This document shows positions 1 through 11,767 of a stretch of 46,647 bases of DNA, in pieces. The position numbers and the translations under genes are program-made. A model generated the notes under the pieces. It was not told the origin of the DNA. It saw nothing but the letters and a program-made list of their open reading frames with translations, and searched no databases. The number at the start of each line of letters is the position of its first letter. The stretch's first letter is position 1. Source of the stretch: Rhizodiscina lignyota (lineage: Eukaryota); NCBI GenBank assembly GCA_010015805.1, contig ML978135.1, positions 682,001-728,647 of the forward strand, given 5' to 3'.

Positions 1-543
1 CATTACAGTATGAGCCTCCCATCGAAAGTTATTACGATGAGTTGCGGACTATCGCACTCTACCTCAGCCGTATCTGGTACAACATGTCATGAGCAGTTCG
101 AGAGCATATCTAACGTGTTTTATTGCAGCGCAATTATGTTCAAGTCTTTGTACTGTACTCTCCATTTACTCTCACACATTTTTGTATGCGAACACTCGAA
201 CTGTCTTCTTCAGAGAATGGTGGTGGCTTGGGTCCCGGCTGTTTGGGACAAGGAGCTGCTGTGCCGCAATCATTTCATTTCGTGACGCCCTGTCTGGCGT
301 TCTTGCTTACAACCCTGTCCATGCACCTTGTATCTGTTCGGAATATGGCGCCATGTTTTATGGTGGCTCTCTTTTGCGCTGTTCTATTCGTTCATCAAAT
401 ATGGGGGCGGCGCTGTGCCTGAGGCTGACGGCGGCTCGTACTCCGTACACCCGCATGCTCTGAGGCAGTCCCTGATACACTTTCAGGCTCTTAATCGCGG
501 AGATATCTCTTCATTCTCTTCTGAAGCTTGTGTGCGACGTTAA
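1..543 (+). other. Possible 3' remnant of an upstream or degenerate spliced gene
   Basis: Intron-like GTACAA..CTAAC..TGCAG at 77-128 and hydrophobic peptides in shifting frames; no coherent model could be built. Confidence 0.2.
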
Positions 544-620
544 CATCAGCCGCTTGTCTCAACCCTCATCCCCTACCTCCGGGGCCTAAAGGCCTCTCTC
601 ATCTGCGGTCTTCGTGGCCC

Positions 621-626
621 TATAAA
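621..626 (+). promoter_or_regulatory. TATA-like box upstream of the T5orf172 gene
   Basis: TATAAA about 90 nt before the CACC-ATA site at 715. Confidence 0.35.
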
Positions 627-714
627 TCTGTCTAGAAAGCTCTCCTTGGCCCTGGCGACATAGACGCACCAAGTTCAAGTCCTTGTTTCTTATTTTCAGC
701 ACTACTTTACCACC

Positions 715-2484
715 ATAGCAGAATCGCAGCGTCTACTCTCGCCTGCAATGCTGTATCGGATATCACGGCAGGCCATCCTCGACGATATTGCGAAGACAGA
801 GAATGCAGGCGACGAGCTTGAATTGCAGTGCATTGCCTTGCGCTCTGACGTAACTCGTTGTGAGCATATTGCATCACTATCGCTTACAGAGTTCATCGAG
901 GCTTTCTTGCAAAGCATTCCTGCTGGTTCGAATCGTGAGGATCGGCTACCTGCGCAGATTTGAGATGGACTCCGCAAGGGATTATTATGCCCTGAACATG
1001 AATCCCGCCTCACAAAAAAACTCAAGCTGCAATCTGCCCGACCCAGTGCTGAATCTTTGGCCTACCAGGCTTCGCCAGCACCTGAGATTACCATCGGCTC
1101 GCCAGTACAGCCTTCGATATTAGTGCCTAGTGACGGAGAATCGCAATCAGAAACGATACCTGGCGGTAAGAGACAGAGTCAACATGGGGCGGCCAGTCCC
1201 GAGGGGGCACCAACACCTTCGAACAAGCACGGGAGAGCTCATTCAGGCCCGTCATCTGCCACAAACCCTCGGATTGAAGTGGAGGGTGTAGAAATCACGG
1301 CTTCCACCTCTCGATTGCCATCAAATCTCAGCCCTCCAGCATCCCGGAAGAAGGGGAGGAGGAAGAGCGCGCCAGGAGCAACGACCTCAAGCACTTCGGC
1401 TACTCCTGTCAAGTCGTTACACCGTGGGGATCTCTCTGAAAAGCGTACATTTTCCGAAAGCCATTCCGTCGCAAGAATCATGTCGAATCAGAAACGCATG
1501 GCTGGTTCGAGCCGCAAACGTTCAAGCCTTCGTGAATCGGACTTTCCAGAAAGACCAGCTACCCCTCCAAATATCGACTCGACGACAAGAGATGACCGTA
1601 ATGGCGTTTCAGACACGATAATGCAAGATTACGCGGAAGATGTAGACACGGCAGAAGACAGTGAAAGTGTCTCTATAGTTTCGACTCCTAGCAAGCCATC
1701 ATCTTCCCAGCCACCGAACACGAAACCCCCTAAAAAACACACACCGACTGGAATTGACCAGCTGATAAAGGAGCGTTTACGCCAGCCAAAACCTTCTCGG
1801 GTGACAGAGACCACGGGTTATGTCTACATGATACAAGATAGTGGCCGGCCGCATTTGATCAAAATTGGCTGCTCAAAAGGTCAACCGATCACAAGGGAAG
1901 ACGCAATCGAGACGACTTGTAATATCGTTGGGGATCTTTCCATCATTCGTGACGAGCAGCTTCCACATCGATATTATCTCCGTGTGGAGAAATTGGTGCA
2001 TGCGGAGCTGAAGCATTTTCAGAGGCCATATCTGTGCGACAAATGTAAAAAGCGACATATTGAATGGTTCGAGGTCGAAGAACGCATCGCGAAACGGACA
2101 ATCCAGAGATGGATGAACTTTGTGCGCCAGGAACCCTGGCAGTACGATGACACACTTCTTACGGAGTTCTGGAAGAGGAAAATGGACACCGTGCCGAATG
2201 CGTTGGAAAACGAGACACACGACGATCATGGCCAGAGACATACCCGATGGGAGACATTTGCACACACCTCCTTGGTGAGCTATGCTGAATATATCTACTG
2301 GTGCTTGGCGTACAAAAAGCCACTCCCGATGAGAAGACGTCCGCCTCTGCAGGAGCTGCTGTTGAACGGGTGGCGCTTCTGGGCAGTATTGCTGACTATT
2401 GTTCATGTCATCCCCTTGCCTTTGTATTTTACGGTAGTCATTGGCGCTATCACACTGACCGCTGCATATAAAGAGTTACAGTAA
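715..2484 (+). pseudogene. T5orf172/MUG113 (GIY-YIG-like) nuclease-domain protein with N-terminal Cys/His module and C-terminal TM segment; interrupted by in-frame TGA at 961-963
   Basis: GYVYMI..LIKIGCS..RVEKLVHAEL..CDKCKKRHIEWF motifs; ORFs 748-963 and 1057-2484 share one frame separated only by a single TGA; hydrophobic C-terminus. A shorter product from a downstream ATG is possible. Confidence 0.7.
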
Positions 2485-2635
2485 AATGGGTGTTGACTTG
2501 AACGTCATTCTGGATGTGTACACACCAATAGGATCCACACAATGTAAGTTCAAGAAGAATCGTCTCATATCACTCGCACCAAGTTGAGAAAATTCCATGT
2601 CTGATCTCCGGTATAGAATCAAGTAGAGTACCTGA

Positions 2636-3511
2636 TCATGGCACATCCTGTACAATGAATTCCCGGATTGCGGATGCCAGCGCCTCCGGTGCTTCGACTG
2701 GTATCAGATGTCCGATACCGCCGAGCACTCTGACCGTCGTCATGGCACCTGCTGATTTGAGGACATTTACTACTCTTCTCTCAATGTTCTCTGCAGTCTC
2801 AACTCGGTCCAGCTCGCCAACCACGACAAGGATGCGCAACTGGTCCCGAACATTCCGAACCGCGTCAACGACAGCGTCTTCATAATCTTCCGCCATACCA
2901 TATTCCGGCCAAGCCACTCTTGCCTCGGGGCTCCCAGCAACAGCATCTATAGCTAGCTGTGCAACCGAGTTATCATCGACGGCGTCCGGTTTTCCCAGCA
3001 GCACATTCCGCACGACGAAACTGGCGGACTGGAGACTGTCGTAGGCGTGGACCTGCTGCTCTCTCATCTCACCTGGTAGACTAAAGCTTCCGGAAGGTGC
3101 TGGCGCGATGAGGATGAGGCCTCGGAGCAGGCACGCAACCTCAGGCTCCGTGACGAGATACTGAGCGACTTTGCCGCCCATGGAATGGCCAACCAGGATA
3201 ATTCCGTTGGTGAGAAGTTCGGGCTTGTTCGCTTGGAGGTGTTGTATCAGTGCGACGATATCCTCGGCGTAGGAAGTAATGCCATAGGCCTTTGGATCCT
3301 TTGGCGCAGCTGAATCTCCCCATCCGCGCTGGGAGGGCGCAATGATGTTGTAGTCGTTCTGGAGCTGCGTGATCAAGCGCGACCATGTCCGTTTTGACCC
3401 TCCCCAGAAATGAATGAAAATCAGCGTGGGGTGATCGGGAGAGGTGGTTGAAATGACTGTCTCTAATGAGACGGCGGTGGGAAGAGCAATCTGTGCGGTA
3501 GTTTGAGACAT
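2636..3511 (-). CDS. Alpha/beta hydrolase fold protein
   Basis: Intronless 291 aa ORF; HFWGG oxyanion region, GHSMGG nucleophile elbow, GELD acid, GH catalytic His. Confidence 0.9.
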   Translation of the reverse strand: MSQTTAQIALPTAVSLETVISTTSPDHPTLIFIHFWGGSKRTWSRLITQLQNDYNIIAPSQRGWGDSAAPKDPKAYGITSYAEDIVALIQHLQANKPELLTNGIILVGHSMGGKVAQYLVTEPEVACLLRGLILIAPAPSGSFSLPGEMREQQVHAYDSLQSASFVVRNVLLGKPDAVDDNSVAQLAIDAVAGSPEARVAWPEYGMAEDYEDAVVDAVRNVRDQLRILVVVGELDRVETAENIERRVVNVLKSAGAMTTVRVLGGIGHLIPVEAPEALASAIREFIVQDVP

Positions 3512-4495
3512 GGTGAAGGGTATTAATGCCTGCTGTTACTTCGCGCTGCGTTCTCCGGCCTCTTCGAGATTAACTGATGTACTCACTGAATGAGATCGAA
3601 CCCAGAGAAGCATAACCCTTACCTTGTATATATATATTCTTCTTTCATGTTCAGCTACGGAGCGCATCAAGTGGTATCTTACATTTGACTTGCACGGCAT
3701 AACGTACGTCCCGTCTTATGCATTTAGTGATCGACTCCGTGTGGTGTTTGCAATTCTCAAGTCACGTTTGATGCTTACCGGAAAGTTTCCGCCATGTATT
3801 GCCACACTGCCACTTAATCTGAAGAGCCGCAACTGCATACTCCATCCCACCATTCGAGATGGACCTTCTCAGTCGAGCAACGGCCTCGGCGTGCATGTGT
3901 GATCAGGATGATTCATCCGAGGAAGTCGGGAGAGCGAGGGACCGATCCAGGCAAACATCGGGACTCTGAAGCTTCGAAAGGCTACCCGGCCGAGAATTAG
4001 GCACACTGATGAGCACTGGCATGGGAAGAGAGAGCAATAACGTCAATGCTGCTATGTTGCCTGGAGAATTGTTCGCAAGAAGGTCTACGGAGGTAGGCGT
4101 GCCTCCTATTCTCCTTTATTAACACGAGCTGAGGCCTCCGTGCGCAGCCTGTTAGCAGTTAGAGTAGGCGGAAGGAAATTTGTTTGCAAAGTCGCAGCGA
4201 ATGAGCGGTAGCGATTCACCGCAGGGACCTCGACTCTTTATATTTTTACTTCACGATGCAAAGCACTGGAAAATAGTATAAAGGTAGGCTAAGCTGCAAG
4301 TTGAGAGATACATCGTGAGCTTTCCAGTCTTTCATAGCCGTCTCTAGCATCGCTGGCTTCCTCTCGTTTGCCTCAGGCCTTCACGCTCGCTTCAGCAATC
4401 CACGGTGCCATTATTGTTTGTAGACATCAGTCTGTCACATAGCAGAGTCATCATCTTAGGTTCGCGCATCTAATACTTCGATCCCGTCAACAATC

Positions 4496-5242
4496 ATGCT
4501 CGGCAAACTCTCCTTCGCCTTGTCGGCCCTCTCCTTGACCGCAGTATCTGCGCTTAATACTCTCCCCAATGTCACGGCGGTGGCAGTGAACGACTGCTCC
4601 GCGTATCCAGACTACAATCCGTCCATGGGTTCAGCAACCGGCTGGCTCTACTGGGTCAATCAATCGAACAGCCCCGCCGAGGGCAATGGTGACAGTGTGC
4701 AGATCGTGTACGAGAGCGGCGTCCAGGGCGTCCAGATCGTTCGGGTATGCCTTTGCCTTTTTCATCTATCCCGATGTCTCTGTGGTTTGCTTCAAAGCGA
4801 TTAGCAAGAGTTCTAAGCCGCGCTTCAGATGACCGTCACCGACGACAACCAAATCGCAAAGTATCCGATGCGCTGCACGCCGACGTCTTCAAACCCGGCT
4901 CAGATTGAGGCCTACATCCCTTGCGGCGTGAGTGGCTACTGCTGGAACCCGCTCAACATCGCTCCTTATCCGTACGACGCAGAGCTCATGTGGGGAGTCG
5001 ACGGTCCCGCGGTGCAAGCGTACCAGCACTTCATCGGCGGCGTGCAGCAGCCTGGTCTGTTCCTGGGCAGCCAAGGTGTGACGAAGTGGGGAATCGAGAG
5101 GGTTGCGCAGGGCGGTGCTCCGACGGGACAGCCGTACTGGACCTTGAGGCTGCTTGGGCCGAACAGCCAGGTGCCGCCTGGCTCACCGAATGCGACGGCG
5201 ACGTATGCGGATGAGTACGAGACATTCATTCTCATCCAGTGA
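4496..5242 (+). CDS. Secreted protein of unknown function (~220 aa); exons 4496-4744, 4829-5242
   Basis: Signal peptide MLGKLSFALSALSLTAVSA; intron GTATGC..CTAAG..CAG 4745-4828 joins both ORFs in frame; 4 Cys. Confidence 0.8.
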
Positions 5243-6454
5243 GGAGAAGCTAGCGTTTTGACGTCTCAGGTGGATGTGACGGGGGGTGTTGAAATAGCAT
5301 TGCAAGGAGTTGTGATAGAACTATTCTTGTCGTCCATTGCCGTGGTGTAAAGTGCTACTTTTTGAAGAGAGCTTCCAAGTTTCGTAGAGATCAGAGAGCG
5401 ACATCGTAAATAGAAGCCATTATGCCTAATCAAAGTGCACCCATGATAATTATTAGTTATATCCGTTCCTGGCGGTAGCATAGCCTTCCTCGGGTTTCAT
5501 CCATCTCGGCAGATATATCCAAGCTAGACGGACGTCTCGAGAAGGCGGCTCGTCGAACATCGTATCCAAACGTAATCGCGACGCGTCTCCCTCTACTTCC
5601 AAGCTCTTTTCTGCCTCCTCATGCTCTTTCTTTCCAGGCAGCAGTTTAAACAAGCATCCTGCCCGATCGCGTAATGCCTAGACGAGTTAGACGTCTGCAT
5701 ACACGGCCCCTCCAATTACGACAATAGGTAGTCGAGCGAGCTAACTTACCCTAACCTGCACGTCGGCAGTCGATCCCCCATCTCTCTTGTTCCTCGAAAT
5801 AGACACAGCGCATCCGCGCAATAGCCTATGCCCACGAGCCAGTTGCTGAGTAGACCAGTGTGCGACGATCGTTTTGCCCGCGTAGCTGCTTGCAGCATGT
5901 TGCGGTGCTGTACGTCGCCGCGAAACGCCGTGAGCCAAAGCGCAGCAATTGAGACTGCGCAAATCAGCTACCGCGATTCCTCGCAACGTTGACCTCTCCC
6001 TAATTTGCTGGGGTGCAAAGTAAGCACCATGAAGCAATTCGTATCACGGATCTCGCTCGAAGGATGCAATTCCTAGATTTAACGTTTGTTGATCGCCGTG
6101 CCCTGGCGACTCATGTCATCTGTTAAGACATTTCAAGAACTCGGGGGGTTCGCGCTAGTCAGGCGCACAGCGATGGCACAGCCTGTGGCACGTAAGATAT
6201 AATGCGCGCCGTATATTCAGCAGAAATATAATTGTCCCTCGGCGCGCCCTAGGCTGCTGTTCTGGAAGGCTTCTTTTCCCCTTCTGCCCTTCCTTTTTAT
6301 ATGTACGTCATATCTAATACAGTACAGCGTACAGAATTTCCATTCTAAAATGTCTTTCCTCTTCAAGCAAAAGCGCCAGCATTTCCCCTATGTCAGAACA
6401 TAAGAAGAGTAATTGTCCCTTTGAACTCCAGTCCCAGAAAAATATGTTTCACTA

Positions 6455-7829
6455 TCACCTGAATCTTTCCCCTGTTGTGGGCTTCGGCTTCTCGGCCCTG
6501 ATCAACCAAAGCAGCCAATCCTCCAGCGGCAGGAAAACGTAGAATATCTCATTGGCGCCAAAGCTCACCAGGACATACAACGTCGCGACGACCGCATCGA
6601 GGAAGTAATGGTTCGCCGTCGACACAATCGTCACCAGGATCAAAGTGGGATAGGCCAGCCCGAACGCACACCACACCAGCTTGCTCAACAGGCTCTTGCG
6701 CATCTCGCCCTTCTCCAGCTTCTTCCTGAATATGCCCGAGTGGTATATCAGGGTGCAGCCGATGGCGAAGGAGTACCCGAAGTGCATGGACGGCATCGCG
6801 GCGAGGCTGTTGACGTACTTGCCGCTCATCCAGACGCTCTGCGCGTCGTCGTGGCGCACCGTATCGAGGAAGCCGTACTCGCGGGGGAGGAGACGGGGAG
6901 GCATGCAGGGGTAGAAGATGAAGGTGAGGAAGGCAAGGAAGTTGGTGAGCGTCATTGTGCGGCGGACAGTCGCGAAGACGGCGTGGTTGGGCGCAACGTA
7001 GTAGTACCATGCGATGAAGCTACCCTCACGTCAGTATTTGTTCTCACACTCGACACTGTCATGAGGGGTGCAGAAAGAGCTTGGACGGCGTTGGAAGAGA
7101 ACAAAGAAACTCACCCCACGGTACCGGGAATGTGGATAAGCGCATACACGCGGTTCAGCACCGTCAGCGCATCCTGGTGCCCAGCCATGAACCACTGCTG
7201 CACATTCCTCTCTCTGATTGGAAACAACCAATGTATAAGGGGAGCAAACTGCTCAATCTCAAGCACCTGGATCCCGTGCGACTGAGCAACCTCCCAAATG
7301 CCCGTTGCAGCGAAAATACGTTGCGACAGCACCGCCGTCATGCGGTAGAAGGCATAATTAATAATCCAGTAGAACATTTCGATTAAAAAGGGAAACTTTT
7401 GGAGAAGGCGGCTGTGCCAGTTGTTGCGGAAGCGCGAGGTATTTGGCGTATCGACAATAAGGCAGCCACAGACTCTACGGCGCTTCGGTGGATTCTTCGT
7501 CGTTGTGAACAAGTCGTCGTCGGAAAGGAGATTAATAGAAGAGGACTCATTGTCGCTAGAATCGCGACTGGACTCGTCCGGCTCATCCAGGAGAGAGGTG
7601 TAATATGCTTTTCTACGATCGAAAATAGCACAGTTCTTCCGGCGGGTGAAGAACATGGCTCCGAAGAGAATAAGGAAAACGATCTATAGGACCTATAAGT
7701 AAAGGAGAAGGTATGCTCTAGGAAAAGGTGAGTACGCACTACTGGCTCTGCCCATCCAGGTAGCTTCCATGCTGGTCGACTGTTCCACTGCTGCGAGTCT
7801 CCAATATCTGGTACCGTGACATTCCCCAT
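6455..7829 (-). CDS. PAP2/AUR1-like (inositolphosphorylceramide synthase-like) integral membrane protein; exons 7829-7740, 7683-7115, 7019-6455
   Basis: PCMPPRL, AAMPSMHFGY and TANHYFLDA motifs; canonical introns. Confidence 0.88.
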
Positions 7830-7900
7830 GGCGGCCTCTATTTCTCGAAGGGAAGTCAAAAAGGAGGAGAGATGTTACAAAAGCAAGCAAGCGTGTTCAG

Positions 7901-7977
7901 GGTCGAAGGTCGAAGGTCGAAGGTGTAGGTGTACAGCGAAGAGGCCCAAGGTTCAAGGCCAAGGTCCAATGGTCAAT
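7901..7977. repeat. Short tandem repeat (GGTCGAA)x3 decaying into AAGG-like units, upstream of the PAP2-like gene
   Basis: ggtcgaa ggtcgaa ggtcgaa ggtgta ggtgta seen directly. Confidence 0.6.
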
Positions 7978-9655
7978 CCACAGCCACGCTCTCCCACTCT
8001 AACACACCATAACAAGGCGTCTCTCCAGCGATCTTTTGCCCAAACCAATAGGCGTGTTTAGGCAAGTCGAGCACGCGAGCAAGGATGATGGAGTGAGGAG
8101 GCTGCGTACGCCGCGCGGATGCACCGGAAGTCGTGAGGTCGATAGCGACAGAGGCGTACTAGAGCTGTACCTCAGCGGGCGTGTTGATCGGGGCACAAAG
8201 GTAAAGACCGAAGAGAAGAAGGGCAGAAAGTTAAGATGATGATTAAGAGAAGGAGAGAAGAGTCACTTCATCGGCCGAGTACGTTGTAGGAGCACCTTCC
8301 TCGACGCTCCTAGAAAAGAAGCACTGGTCGTTTCCTCGCTGAAGGAACGAAGTTGGTCCGACCAGCGAGACCAAGGCTGTTGGTGAGATAAATTGTGGAG
8401 CCTGCCGCCGTACTCGTGCAAGCAGAGCACAAGCCCTCTCCTTTCCCCAATCCACGGCCCATTATTCAGGTATTAATACGCCCGCCACAACGACCCCGGC
8501 GCGTAACAATGGCCTCTATAGGCAATTTGCAGCGACCGCCCAGCTCCATTACAGAGGTAGGCAGCGGCTGATGCATCGGCGCGGCTTGGCAGACGCTGAT
8601 GCGCAGAGTGAGGCACGCTGGAAGTTGAGGTGATCCGGATCCGGGGCGCACGCGACCTCGGGAGCCTCTTCTCAACACTGCAATTGGACATGCGACCATT
8701 CCTTCACCAGCATTCCGCTCGTACTCGTGTCCGCTGCTCATGCTGCCGCATTTCCCTCGCAATCTCTCTACTCCGGGCGTCCAACAAACCTACTTTTCGC
8801 TTTTCAATACACGGCGCGCTGCATAGGGGACGGTGCAAAAGGACGTCCAATACTTTAACCGCCTTGCGCCGCTCGAAACGGTCGGGCTGACGTATGTCGC
8901 CATGCATCTGACTTTTCAAACCTCTCCACCCACAGTATTTCCGTTCCGTGGCTCGGACAAGCGCGCCAAGTGCATGCACTCGCCTGCTCTCCCGCCTCTC
9001 AACGTGCAGAGGTGGAGATGCAAAGCGACAATGGCATTTCAGCAGACTCACGTTGTTGGAGTGCAGCTGTCGCCGCAGTGGCAGTGCGTTTCGCTCTTTC
9101 CCTTGCATTGGCCTGCAAGCGTCTCATCATCAGCCCACTTATACAGCCGCAGCTGTAGCAGAAAGGAGAAGCTTTAAATTTCAGACCGCGTCGCTTTCCT
9201 CATTTTCATTATTCCCGACTCCTGAGGTGCGCGCGCATTCTGCGAACTTCGCAGCATGGTAAGGCTCGGTTAGCTGCGTTCGAGGCGTCGACAAGCTTTG
9301 CGGCCCCTGGTTGGCCCCTGATGAGCCGTGCCGCCGGGTAAAACGCCTCGCCCAGCCCGATAGGGGGAAACGTCATCACTGGCTAGGCGGGAGATTGGGT
9401 GCAGATGCTGTAATACGGAGTGATTTGATATCGAATTACCACTACTATAAAGACTAGAGGACGTCGGCTCGTCGGAGCTGTGGTATAGTGCATATCCCAA
9501 CCAATTCATCAGAAAGATCAAAAGCAAGAGCTAAGGGAAAGGTTCATGTCGTCGCCATTAATAATGCATCAAAGAATCCAAAATACCCATGCGTCCAATC
9601 TGGCTCATGCAAAATGGAAAACAGTCTCCAAACCTCATCGTCGACTTACTTCTTC

Positions 9656-10624
9656 TCAGCCAGTCTTGTGAACTGCAGGCTTCTTCCTCGGAACCATACA
9701 GCCAGAGCACCACACTAGAGAGCCCAAGAACATCACGCCCGTCGCAATCCACGTGATGATCAGGAACTTGTGCCCAACGCTCGAGCTGATGCCAATCTCC
9801 TTGCCGTACTTGTTGATCTCGTCCGTGCCCTCCTCTGCAATCGCCGTCGCGATCGCGCTTGCCACTCCCAGCGTCAACAGCGCAAGCAGGAACATCAGGA
9901 AATTGATCGCTGGCAGCAAGCGTCCCGAGTCTGGCTGGAAGAACCCTAGGATGGAGAGTATGAGGCAGAGGAAGGACAGGCCGATGCCGATGCAGTACAG
10001 CACGAACATGGCCTTCCACGCCACCCTCAGCGCCTTGATCTCATTCTCGATCTGGTCGGGGAAGTTCAGCTCGTCGAGTGTCTCGTTCACGTCAATGCCC
10101 AGCCCGCTGTCCTGGATGCTCTGTGCCAGCGCCGCGCGAGGATCGAACGTGAACATGGACGTGTGGTTCGAGCAGCTCGACACATTCCGGTGGATGTGTG
10201 AAGAGGAAAGGGTAGCGTTCGGGACGGGGCCGGGGACGTAGCTTCCCTCGCAGTAGTCGAGGATGTGGACGGAGTAGAAGTCCTTCAAGCCGAACTGTTG
10301 GGCGAGACTGGATGCGATCGAGTTCAGCTCACCGTTGATGTCGCCTTCGATTTGGTTGGTGGCATTCTTCAAGATGCCTAGGATGCCGCTATCACTGGAA
10401 GAGCTGGTGGTGTTGAGGAGGTTTTCGCCAATGCGGGAGACGTTCAGCTGGGAGCACGTCAGTATGGAGGTATCAACGGTTTGGAGGGGTTGAAGAGGAT
10501 CACTTACGGTAAGTAGATCATAACCCTCCATGAAATTAGGCTTGTTGCCCGCAAAGATGACCAGGAACGAAAGGACGATGGCGCATATCGAACAGGCAAT
10601 TGGGAACAGAGCAAGGAAGCGCAT
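9656..10624 (-). CDS. SUR7/PalI family membrane protein; intron 10507-10448
   Basis: N-terminal TM, GLKDFYSVHILDYCEG claudin-like loop, three C-terminal TMs; in-frame 60-nt intron GTAAGT..CTGAC..CAG. Confidence 0.88.
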   Translation of the reverse strand: MRFLALFPIACSICAIVLSFLVIFAGNKPNFMEGYDLLTVSDPLQPLQTVDTSILTCSQLNVSRIGENLLNTTSSSSDSGILGILKNATNQIEGDINGELNSIASSLAQQFGLKDFYSVHILDYCEGSYVPGPVPNATLSSSHIHRNVSSCSNHTSMFTFDPRAALAQSIQDSGLGIDVNETLDELNFPDQIENEIKALRVAWKAMFVLYCIGIGLSFLCLILSILGFFQPDSGRLLPAINFLMFLLALLTLGVASAIATAIAEEGTDEINKYGKEIGISSSVGHKFLIITWIATGVMFLGSLVWCSGCMVPRKKPAVHKTG

Positions 10625-11427
10625 GATGGTGGTTATCGCTCTCCCAGCGGTAGTGTCTGATCTGGTTACGATAGAAGGAAGATGAGGACCTAGGTATTAA
10701 ACTTGCTCGCCGGAGGGGATTCCGATAAAGACCCTGGAGATGATCAGGTGAGAAGCCGAGAAGGGCGGCAGTGCTTTCGTTGAGCCGCGTCTCAATCGCT
10801 TGTCTCCAATTGCGTGCAAGAATGGAGACGCACGTCGCCACAGGAACAAACGCGCGTTGCGGCTGAAGAATATTGGACAGTGGAGGCGACTTCGCTTCGA
10901 TAGAGAAAAAGGGGAAGAAGAGGCAAACTACCCTACCGTGAAGTATTTCAACTGGAGGTCAGTTATTCACCGTCATGGGTCATTTCTTGTTGCGTGTTTG
11001 CCTTCAACTTGGAAACAATCGACTTGGCGCGTGGTGATGCCACCGTGATAGTCGCGGAGGCAGGGCTTTACCGGCCGTTGATTGGCCGACATCCCTTGCA
11101 TTGATCGCGATAAAGACGAGGCGCGAGTGGTGCGCGTGGCTGGCAGGGTACGTCATTTGGCATGCGGAGACATGGGTTTCAGGAAAAATTGTTTGACAAC
11201 TCACGGATCAACGCTGAATGTTTGGATAGCTCGCGACGTCAGAGGCAGACCTGTAGGCGCACAGCATGAATGCAGCGCAGACAAAGCACATTGTGAATCA
11301 GCTACGTTTGAGACGCTCTATAAGGCAGCGCACTTTGGTTGGAATACTTTTTGGGCCTTTTTATTCACATTGTTACTGTAGCTACCTACGTAGACAGAAC
11401 ACTGAGCGGCCATGTGTATGTACCTTC

Positions 11428-11604
11428 CCCACTTGGGGTCCCAACGCAAAATCCAAAAAAAATTCAGAATGCTCAGCGATTCGGCCGGGACGTCTGTAGA
11501 CAGAAATCCGGGCCTCATCGCGCCCACTCGGGGTCACAATGCAAAAAATCCAAAATTATTAGCTCGACCGGGACGTCTGTAGCCAGAAATCCGGGTCTCA
11601 TCGC
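11428..11604. repeat. Imperfect tandem duplication, two copies of ~82-94 bp
   Basis: Both copies contain CCCACTYGGGGTC..CAAAA..CCGGGACGTCTGTAG(A/C)CAGAAATCCGGG(C/T)CTCATCGC. Confidence 0.85.
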
Positions 11605-11767
11605 TCGCTCTGTACGCATAGCATCTCAGGTATCGTCACCTGACTTCGTAGTCATGCACTCGTTCGCCCGCCGCCTGGGGTATCAATCCGGAGTCGCAAC
11701 CAGTGGTATCAAATCGTAACGGCATTTCCCATGAGAAAGAAAAGGAGGTAGGCATCAGTCGACGTCT

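Noticed and set aside
5741..5756. Telomere-like CCCTAA units (also near 23323 and 30037)
   Set aside because: Only one or two units, not arrays
8000..9600. Many short ORFs and a possible riboswitch in a long intergenic region
   Set aside because: No coding signature and no TPP aptamer consensus seen; likely promoter/UTR
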